From a virus (lineage: Duplodnaviria; Caudoviricetes): a stretch of DNA of 64,000 nucleotides. The notes beneath the pieces are model-generated. The model saw only the letters and a program-made list of their open reading frames with translations, was not told the DNA's origin and did no database searches. Numbering within the stretch: position 1 is the first letter of the stretch; each line of letters starts with the position of its first letter. This document shows, piece after piece, positions 57,601-64,000 of the stretch. The stretch covers positions 59,872-123,871 of the IMG/VR virus record IMGVR_UViG_3300031998_000024. One strand, given 5' to 3'. Position numbers and translations under genes: made by a program.

Positions 57601-57722
57601 TTGCATTTACTGACCATGGTTTACAGTCGGTTGGTTCGCACGATGATATTTGTAGTAGTATGTGGCTTGCTACTTTGGGTAGGAATTTGCAACGCACTGG
57701 CAGTAAATTTATGTTTTTGTAG
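54648..57722 (+). CDS. terL: terminase large subunit (intein-containing)
   Basis: AARGHGKS, VRGAHP..VVDD, VG|TP, GADFA, FEANVFQ, HDDIC. Confidence 0.92.
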   Translation: MLGELETYKRSPLHKAECLRIVDEIIDGLDERGINEIMEGTELDIDRMIDIMLEETFCVIFTGQREIDFAPHYTERLSESIEETLRVNNLTYFITSVLPDFQFGWHHIEWGDLVMHYKKLCVEAARGHGKSWYFSNAYIIWQLYRYKRSKTMQFSMRPTRSNSNRGFLFSFSLQQSVDLIEILKGTIESNDTLAERLMPQNTKEGAWASTNITCRNGARLTGKGFGSSVRGAHPYFIVVDDGLKDNVIYSSLQRQKSIDYFHSVIMNMIIPGGQTIVVGCVSPYTIVLSDKRGFIRMRSVKYNYIEDKKKVVKHVEKFLDKNGFSQTSHYFYNGVGDMLRITLQGGFELECSKIHPLWKMFENGIPGWQKSAELKIGDYIAIKPTEIESFGMPVELKSFISSYKRKKNRNYNEQNLKLPLYLDEDLAYFIGLWIAEGTIYKNGSGIEMSTGDSEIEDFLKSLIKYNINFRGNGRFDKSYAYSCTNKRLHAFFIWLGFDCPCYCNIKNIPDKLLSAPKNILKQIISGIFDGDGHVDESDGKIGVVLSSTSLGLIKTVQNVLLMGWGIISTYSYVKAESINASGKNNTHVNYDQYSLVIIGHNAIKFGKEIGFKLSRKQLRIEKHFSDKFNLNNSNFYNIPHQAGLYKNAENKRLANKITYRDKEGYGNFIDSAYSIKKAKTINKFVLKKVCEFMKKITNSNDYDQLLKNCEEDVIWRRIVKIEKFQGSSCDFVIPSTHSFITNGIVSHNTPFHAQDLYGDLKTKKGWFVIEYPAIFPDGRILWPQRFSYQTLMDMRNTQGNIIFSRENLCRPIVSDASIFSFDILRNSLIRMEIYCLVRSRDDFPKKFDKVVVGADFAISSAVGADYYCYTVFGVGEDGGMWLLWIEIGKGRKYDEQLQILRGINARFRPDVMVFEANVFQQIFSDGAQDYGMPVVSHTTGTEKNDLSKGWVALATMFERGMFHIPVGDDYSQRIKDMIFDQLGSVAFTDHGLQSVGSHDDICSSMWLATLGRNLQRTGSKFMFL
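55485..56891 (+). mobile_element. intein with LAGLIDADG homing endonuclease (469 aa)
   Basis: G|CVSPYT start, CSKIHP block B, FIGLWIAEG and ISGIFDGDG, GIVSHN|T end. Confidence 0.95.
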
Positions 57723-57752
57723 CATATATAATTACAATAAAATAGTGTAATC

Positions 57753-58916
57753 ATGAATCACAGAGATTTAGTTGCTTTACAAATACAAAAGTCGTTTATT
57801 GATAATGAATTAGAAAAGGCTTTTCCAATAGGCACTGTTAGGAATTGGGGCGGTGTAGATTATAAGAAAGTTGGAGATAATGAATGGGTTAAGGTTGAAA
57901 GTGGTAAGTCTGTTGCTAATAGTATAATTTTGAAACGATTGAAAGAAGATGTTAAGGATTTGAAGGATAAACGCGATATTGTAACAATTCTGGAAAAAGA
58001 AAAGCGTGCGAGAGAGGTTGGTAAACCAAAAGAGTCAATGAAGTTTAGAGTTCTTTGGGATTCAAAATTTAGCAAGGATATTGAATATGTAAATCAAGTT
58101 AGGGAAATAGATGATAAAATTAAAGATGTTCTTGGTGAAATATCTGAATTATCTACTACTATAAAAAAGCCTACAAGAGCGAAAAAAGAGGTTACAACTA
58201 ACGATGAATTATTTCAGAATTTAGGTTTGCGTGCTTTGAAAGATTTTGGTTGGTTAGAGATTAAGGGTGATGATGGTAAATTTATAAGGAAGGGTTTGAG
58301 TGCTAAGGAGGCATTAGGAGAAACCGCTGATTCATCAAATTATTTTCTTTATACTTATGCTGTTTTTGATGAAATTATCCAAGATAAGTGGGAAATGGAT
58401 GAAAATAAGGTTCATCGTAAATTTATTGATGCTGTTGCTGAATTTAATGAAATGAAGGAAAGCGGAAAATATGAATATACACATTCTCCTAAAAGCGATA
58501 GTGAATATTTAGTTGATAAGGAAAATGGTGTTGTTTATAGAATTGCTAATCATTGGGGTAAATGCGCATCTTGCGATTGGTATATACGCTATAAGGGTAA
58601 AAAAGATGGTTATGCAACAGAGGGTAGTAAATATATTTTAGCAAAATGTAATTTTTCTGATTTTCGTCGAAAGGAAACTACTGGAGGATTATTTGAAAAT
58701 CCTGATTATGTAAAAGCAAGCATAAATGCGGTTGAGGATTGTTTGAAAAAGATTAAGGGTCATTTAGATTCAGGAATAGTTTTTAGTAAAGGTGCAAAGA
58801 TGGAAATGATGAAGAGTTGGAGTGTTTGCAAAATGCGTATGTCTAATGTTAAGTCTGATTTGAAGAATAGTGTTGATAAATTGCAATCCGAGTATGAAAA
58901 ATTGTTTGCTTTATAA
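57753..58916 (+). CDS. hypothetical protein, putative head cargo
   Basis: IQKSF..LEKAFPIGTVRNWGGVDYKKVGDNEW. Confidence 0.7.
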   Translation: MNHRDLVALQIQKSFIDNELEKAFPIGTVRNWGGVDYKKVGDNEWVKVESGKSVANSIILKRLKEDVKDLKDKRDIVTILEKEKRAREVGKPKESMKFRVLWDSKFSKDIEYVNQVREIDDKIKDVLGEISELSTTIKKPTRAKKEVTTNDELFQNLGLRALKDFGWLEIKGDDGKFIRKGLSAKEALGETADSSNYFLYTYAVFDEIIQDKWEMDENKVHRKFIDAVAEFNEMKESGKYEYTHSPKSDSEYLVDKENGVVYRIANHWGKCASCDWYIRYKGKKDGYATEGSKYILAKCNFSDFRRKETTGGLFENPDYVKASINAVEDCLKKIKGHLDSGIVFSKGAKMEMMKSWSVCKMRMSNVKSDLKNSVDKLQSEYEKLFAL

Positions 58917-58961
58917 TACTGTTTGAATAGAACAGATTGTTCAGATGTTTAGTTCATTTTT

Positions 58962-58999
58962 CCGCCTGTTCCGCTGAAAAGTAGAATGGGTGGTTTTTT
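58962..58999 (+). terminator. intrinsic terminator with GCTGAAAAGT loop
   Basis: CCGCCTGTTC/GAATGGGTGG stem + T run. Confidence 0.7.
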
Positions 59000-59020
59000 A
59001 TTACAAGGTTTTTATTGTAT

Positions 59021-59749
59021 ATGAAATACATGGGTAGTAAACGAAGGATTGCGTCTGATATTTTAGATGTTATGATGCATTATTATAAGGATGATAATCC
59101 TAAGTTTGTCGATGTATTTTGCGGCGGTTGTAATCTTTTAGAACATGTTCCAGCAAATTGGAAAAGAATTGCAAATGACAATAATATTTTCCTAATACAT
59201 ATGTGGTTCGCAATAACTAATAATGTGGTTGCGGATTTGCCTAAGCGTATTGAAAAGGATTTATACAGCGATGTAAGAAGGGCATGGCATAAGGGTGATG
59301 TAAGCATGTATCCAATTTATCTTCAAGGTTGGGTAGGATTTATGGCAAGTTACAACGGCAGATTCTTTGACGGAGGTTATTCAGGACACAATGCAAATGG
59401 AAGAGATTATATTGAAGAGCAAATCAATAATACCTTAAAGCAAGTTGATAAATTAAGGAATGTTGTTTGGTGTGCAGGAGATTATTCTGAATTAAGTCCG
59501 TTGCCTAAACATAGTCTTATTTATTGTGACCCGCCATACAATGGAACAAAAGAGTACTCAACATCAGTCGGTTTTGATTATGATAAGTTTTACGATTGGT
59601 GTAGAGTTAAAAAGCAAGAGGGTCATGAAATTTTCGTATCGGAATATAATATGCCTTCTGATTTTGATTGCGTTTGGGAGAAACAAGTCACAAATGCAAT
59701 GAATCAACACAAAACATACAAACCAATAGAGCGTTTGTTCAAACTGTAA
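59021..59749 (+). CDS. DNA adenine methyltransferase (D12/Dam-like)
   Basis: YMGSK, DVFCGG, YCDPPY, FVSEY. Confidence 0.9.
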   Translation: MKYMGSKRRIASDILDVMMHYYKDDNPKFVDVFCGGCNLLEHVPANWKRIANDNNIFLIHMWFAITNNVVADLPKRIEKDLYSDVRRAWHKGDVSMYPIYLQGWVGFMASYNGRFFDGGYSGHNANGRDYIEEQINNTLKQVDKLRNVVWCAGDYSELSPLPKHSLIYCDPPYNGTKEYSTSVGFDYDKFYDWCRVKKQEGHEIFVSEYNMPSDFDCVWEKQVTNAMNQHKTYKPIERLFKL

Positions 59750-59811
59750 TTTTATTTTTCCGTATTCTGTTCAGATATAGTTTTACTGAAGTTTGTAAAA
59801 TTTTTTATTCT

Positions 59812-60189
59812 ATGGCAGACAGAATACAAATTAGACGCGACAAAGCGTATGTTTGGGCGTCAGTTAATCCCATGTTGGCGGATGGAGAATTAGGTTATGA
59901 AGTTGAAACAAATCATTGTAAACTTGGTGATGGTTTTACTCGTTGGAATGATTTGAAGTACACCGATGCCTCAAAGGCAGATTACACTACAGTATTATCA
60001 AAAAACATGTTTAATCCAGCTGATTGCGTAGTTGGTAAGCGTTTAGCGTATCGTGGAACAACTGGTTAGCCTTATGTTGTTGATAGTGAAAATTTGATGA
60101 TTTCATGATTGATTAAGGTTGAGCCTGGTGAGATTTACTATTATGGTGATTATCTACTAAATTACCCTAAAAAATTGCGTCAAACCTAA
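59812..60189 (+). pseudogene. decayed tail-fibre/receptor-binding gene (Mtd_N-like N-terminus)
   Basis: IQIRRD..W..NPMLADGELGYE..KLGDG..WNDL; in-frame TAG and TGA, then IKVEPGEIYY. Confidence 0.7.
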
Positions 60190-60378
60190 TAAATAAAGGC
60201 ATCTACATAGGGTTGGTATTAGAATTTGTTTGCTGAGTTTTTGATTTTTAGAGCGATTTTTAGCAAGGTTATTAGACTGGGGTAATATGTGGATATTGCG
60301 ATGGGTTTGCTTTGAAAATTTCTTCAATAAAAATCACGGCAAAGTTATTTGTTATAGAGATTATTAAATATTGTAGAA

Positions 60379-60687
60379 ATGTCAAAGAAAACAAAGAAGC
60401 AAAGAGCATTAGAGGCTTGGAATCGTGTATATGAAAGCCTAATGAAACACAAAGATTTGGAGCGTTTTCAACAAAGTTACGAAGTAATAAGGAATATTCA
60501 CGGAGAATGCAGTGGGTATTTATGGTACAAAATACGCTATGATGTTTTCCATAATATTATTGTACCTAATTGGTTATCTTCTATGCATATTGAACATAGG
60601 AACAAACTTTACAATTTAGTGGAAAGAACGCTTGGTCACGGATTAGCAAATGAGTTGCAGTTGATTGATAACAAGAGAACATGGTAG
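60379..60687 (+). CDS. hypothetical protein
   Basis: ORF. Confidence 0.6.
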   Translation: MSKKTKKQRALEAWNRVYESLMKHKDLERFQQSYEVIRNIHGECSGYLWYKIRYDVFHNIIVPNWLSSMHIEHRNKLYNLVERTLGHGLANELQLIDNKRTW

Positions 60688-60699
60688 ATAGGAGGTTAT

Positions 60700-60981
60700 A
60701 TGTATTGTCCGTTAGGTAATTTATATTGTGATGGTTGTAATTATAAACTTACAGGTGGTTGCTATTTGCAGAAATCATATAGTATATCAGCAGAAGAAAG
60801 TCGCAAGGTTGAACAAGAACGCGAAATTGGTTATATGATATTATATTTAACTAAGGCAAAAACAGAAGTTGGGGGTATGATTACCATAGATGATGCAATT
60901 CATGAATTATATAAAAGAACAAGGTTTGCAAGAGAAGTTATGTTGCAATGCAATATAATAAATACTCAGCAAAGTTATTAG
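60700..60981 (+). CDS. hypothetical protein with N-terminal Cys cluster
   Basis: ORF. Confidence 0.6.
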   Translation: MYCPLGNLYCDGCNYKLTGGCYLQKSYSISAEESRKVEQEREIGYMILYLTKAKTEVGGMITIDDAIHELYKRTRFAREVMLQCNIINTQQSY

Positions 60982-61065
60982 ATTGGGGTAATACAATAGT
61001 TGTATTCACCGTTCAGTTATAATATAGGTAGTAAGAAATTTCAAAACAATTAAATTCAAAAAATT

Positions 61066-62268
61066 ATGGTTACACTTGAAGAAGTTTTCAGAAAGTCACA
61101 AGACAATCTTACAAAGTCATTCGATGCAGAGAAATTCTCATCAGACATCGAAAACCTATCAAAGGCAGAAACAGAGTGGCTTTTAGGACAAATTCAAGCC
61201 GAAATCCTCAAAGGCGGCGATTACAACACGCTCACCGAAATGCGCGACATAGCCTTGCAGAACATACAGAAGGCTGTTTATGTCGACAACGCTCAAAACC
61301 GCAAACTTGGTCGCGTAGGTCAACAGTATGGTGGTAAAAAGAAAATTGATGATGAAATTGAAGAATTAAAAAGCAGGTTATTCAAAGAGCAGTCCGCTGA
61401 TGCTTATAATGATATGATATTCAAACTAACTGATGAAAAAGACGGTTATAGTGGTAAAACAGCTATTGATTCTAAATATGGTAAATATGATGCAAAAGAG
61501 TATTTAAGGGTGTTTTATGAATTTAGGGATGCTCCTAATTCTTTACTGAAATCTGTAAGGTTAAATCATAAATCAAATAGTCCGTTTGATGTAGCAGACC
61601 GTAAGGCTGTTGACGAAATTTTAGAAAAGCGTAAGGCTGGTGATAAAATGTTTCAACCTAAGGAAAAGAAGATAGAAGAAAAAACATCTAATCCAATACA
61701 AGTTGGAACTCATAATTTTGTTAGGGCATTAAGAACAAATACAGAGGGTATTGAAGGTGATTTTACACCGTCAAAGGAGTGCTTGAAAGCGTTGAGGAAT
61801 TATCGTGTTGCTGCCTTTAATTTTGTAAAAAAGAATCCCGAAGTTGCTAAACTTTCTATTGATGAAATATTAGACATGTTTAATCCTGATAATTATCATA
61901 ATTATGCTGATAAATATAAAGGATTTGAAGAATTATATAATGCAGCAGATGATTATTATGATTGGAGTATGGAGTTTGTAATGGAAGATGATATTAGTGA
62001 AAAGATAGAAAAGAAAGCAAAGAAAACAAGTGAAGATGCGATTTCTGCTATTATTTCAGACCAAGGTCAGGTAGGGAATGACAAGGAGTCAAAGAAAAAG
62101 TTAGATGCAATTAAATCAGCAGTAATAAAATTTGTGAAAAAGAATCCTGATGTTAATATAACCATTTCAGGATGGGATAGTATTTTGAACGGTGAGGGGC
62201 AAAAGAAATTTGGATATTATGAAGGGTTTGATGAATTAGATAAGGTAATTGATGACTACTTAGGTTGA
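61066..62268 (+). CDS. putative head cargo protein with multiple K[SAG] sites and an internal repeat
   Basis: FRKS, LTKS, LSKA, ILKG, IQKA; FVKKNP..Y.GF.EL..DDY occurs twice. Confidence 0.7.
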   Translation: MVTLEEVFRKSQDNLTKSFDAEKFSSDIENLSKAETEWLLGQIQAEILKGGDYNTLTEMRDIALQNIQKAVYVDNAQNRKLGRVGQQYGGKKKIDDEIEELKSRLFKEQSADAYNDMIFKLTDEKDGYSGKTAIDSKYGKYDAKEYLRVFYEFRDAPNSLLKSVRLNHKSNSPFDVADRKAVDEILEKRKAGDKMFQPKEKKIEEKTSNPIQVGTHNFVRALRTNTEGIEGDFTPSKECLKALRNYRVAAFNFVKKNPEVAKLSIDEILDMFNPDNYHNYADKYKGFEELYNAADDYYDWSMEFVMEDDISEKIEKKAKKTSEDAISAIISDQGQVGNDKESKKKLDAIKSAVIKFVKKNPDVNITISGWDSILNGEGQKKFGYYEGFDELDKVIDDYLG

Positions 62269-62450
62269 TAAGAATTAGTCTTAATACCTTACCATCACTC
62301 CAACCAGCGCATTAAAACCAAGCAAAGTTTATAAGAACAATCTTATTTTACATAGTCGTTATTTTTCATCCACTGATAGTTGCGAAACCTTTGGTGGATT
62401 TTTCTTTTTAAGCAGAGTTATATATTGTAGTAAATCAAAATAAATGAACT

Positions 62451-62867
62451 ATGGAAAATCAAACATTAGGCTGGACGAGCCTCGAACAAAGCAAACGATT
62501 AGTTGAAGCAGGTCTTAATCCATATACTGCTGATATGTACTATTATGATAAAGACGAAATACCACGAATCTTTTTCATAAAAGAGGCTGAAATGTCAGTT
62601 AAATCCAAAATGAAAACCACAAAACTTTATAATCCTTGCTGGTCATTAGGCAAGTTAATAAGTTTGATGCCGAAAAGTATTCCACACGGTGATGAACTTT
62701 TGATTTTTGTAAGTAAAGATAAATACAATGTTGGTTATTTCTCATTTATTGATAGAATATCGTATGATGTTACGCATAACGAGATTGAAGATACAATGAT
62801 TGATAGCGTGGTTAAAAACATCGTTTATTTGCTCAATAATGGATATATAAAGAAGGCGAATGACTGA
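62451..62867 (+). CDS. hypothetical protein (paralog of 42283)
   Basis: TSLEQSKRLVEAG..PCWSLGKLISLMP..YLLNNG. Confidence 0.7.
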   Translation: MENQTLGWTSLEQSKRLVEAGLNPYTADMYYYDKDEIPRIFFIKEAEMSVKSKMKTTKLYNPCWSLGKLISLMPKSIPHGDELLIFVSKDKYNVGYFSFIDRISYDVTHNEIEDTMIDSVVKNIVYLLNNGYIKKAND

Positions 62868-63078
62868 ACAGCAACAATGGAATAGATATGTCTATGCAAT
62901 CAATTATTGTATTGGTTTTGGTTATCATATTCTTCCAGTGTTTTCAAAACGAAGCAGTAATGTTAAATACATCAAAGTAAAGAACGAGAGAAACGAAGAA
63001 TGTGTGATATACTTACAACCGAGAAAATACAAACCTACAGAATTGTTTGATTTAATTTATGAAAGGATAAAACCATGA
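62860..63078 (+). CDS. hypothetical protein
   Basis: ORF. Confidence 0.55.
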   Translation: MTEQQQWNRYVYAINYCIGFGYHILPVFSKRSSNVKYIKVKNERNEECVIYLQPRKYKPTELFDLIYERIKP

Positions 63079-63458
63079 TTGCAGAACAATATGTATCTTA
63101 TGAAGTAGCAAAATTGCTTCAACAAAAGGGATTTACCGAAACTTGTAATTCATATTATACGGAAGATGGTATTTTACATATAGATGGTTTCCATTACCAG
63201 CATTCTAATATTATGTTTGCTCCAACTCATCAAATGGCGTTAGCGTGGTTACGGAACAATAATATTGATGTTTGTATTTCAGTAGGATTAGTTGGAAAGG
63301 AATGTAAGAAGTTTTATTTTTGGTGCCCATGTATTCAAAAAACATGCTATTTTGAATATCCTATAAATAAAGCGGATGGTTCATGTGAAGAAATAGCACT
63401 AACCTATGAAGATGCAATTGAAGCTGCTTTGAAATATTGCCTTACAGAGTTACTTTAA
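63075..63458 (+). CDS. hypothetical protein
   Basis: YVSYEVAKLL..KGF..APTHQMALAWLR..YEDAIEAALKYCL. Confidence 0.7.
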   Translation: MIAEQYVSYEVAKLLQQKGFTETCNSYYTEDGILHIDGFHYQHSNIMFAPTHQMALAWLRNNNIDVCISVGLVGKECKKFYFWCPCIQKTCYFEYPINKADGSCEEIALTYEDAIEAALKYCLTELL

Positions 63459-63493
63459 TATCCGATACTTATTCACTCATAATCTTGTTATTT

Positions 63494-63531
63494 TGTCTCC
63501 CATTTGTTTCACAGCAGGTGGGAGACATTTT
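63494..63531. terminator. terminator hairpin between convergent genes
   Basis: TGTCTCCCA/TGGGAGACA stem. Confidence 0.65.
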
Positions 63532-63702
63532 ATTTATCAAGGTTAGTTATTAGAAACTTACTGATAATGGATATATAGCAATTATTGAAAGAATACCGCG
63601 ATAACTGGTATAAGACAATAGGAATTAAACCGTCAAAGAATTACAATATTTGCAATAGTATTGACGAATTCAAAAGAAGATGGAATGAAATGATAGGTGT
63701 TG

Positions 63703-63903
63703 CTAATGGTTGTTGATAATTTGAGCAATGGTATCTACTCCATTAGATATATGTTGCCCCAATATTTCGGTGTTTAATACTCCAACAACGCAACCGCAAT
63801 CAGCGCATTGAATAAAAGTAATTGGATAATGAATGCTGATTATTCTTTTGTTCATTCCTTCAAACCTATTTCCTCCACAACTTGGACATTTTGATGCTGC
63901 CAT
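63703..63903 (-). CDS. small zinc-ribbon protein
   Basis: MAASKCPSCG...QCADCGCVVG; ATG at 63903. Confidence 0.7.
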   Translation of the reverse strand: MAASKCPSCGGNRFEGMNKRIISIHYPITFIQCADCGCVVGVLNTEILGQHISNGVDTIAQIINNH

Positions 63904-63928
63904 AATTTTTATATTTAGATTAGTTCGG

Positions 63929-63960
63929 CAAAGATACGGCAAATTTTATTTCTCAGCAAA
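63929..63960 (-). promoter_or_regulatory. canonical Bacteroidota sigma-A promoter
   Basis: Minus strand TTTG-N20-TATCTTTG upstream of ATG63903. Confidence 0.8.
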
Positions 63961-64000
63961 GTTATTATACAAGTAAACTAACAATGAAAGGAGAAATAAA

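Noticed and set aside
59812-60189. Diversity-generating retroelement target
   Set aside because: Only the Mtd N-terminal-like domain is present; no reverse transcriptase or TR/VR pair is seen in the window.
1-64000. Stop-codon recoding (TAG to Gln, as in Lak and some crAss-like phages)
   Set aside because: Genes are intact and tightly packed in code 11; TAG ends real genes (e.g. 5199, 52958, 57722).

Overview
This is a 64 kb slice of a large AT-rich tailed phage genome, almost entirely coded on the + strand in standard genetic code 11. The host is very probably Bacteroidota, judged from TAnnTTTG-type promoters, SD-less AT-rich leaders, and a Bacteroides-type tmRNA 5' end and amidase. Layout: (i) 0-10 kb putative virion/head-cargo genes (MuF-InPase fusion, AAA+ ATPase, kinase-ART fusion) with a PIG-L deacetylase and glycosyltransferase pair; (ii) 10-37 kb replication, recombination and nucleotide metabolism (dUTPase, two UvrD paralogs, SF2 helicase, DnaB, primase, two sigma-like factors, dUMP hydroxymethylase-like thymidylate synthase homolog, split DnaE, HD nucleotidase, SSB, RecA, SbcCD, RuvC); (iii) 37-64 kb accessory genes, amidase, an RNA cluster, dCMP deaminase, HU, DnaQ-like exonuclease, intein-containing terminase and an adenine methylase. 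The most notable observations are: a circularly permuted (two-piece), minimal tmRNA gene in a structured-RNA cluster; a DnaE fractured at its active site whose new termini resemble a catalytically dead split-intein remnant, with a GH16 gene in the gap; a candidate hmU glycosylation/deacetylation DNA hypermodification pathway; and a shared K[AS] + 'WTEYxPGKFDW' module on unrelated enzymes. All assignments come from motif recognition by eye; no searches were run.
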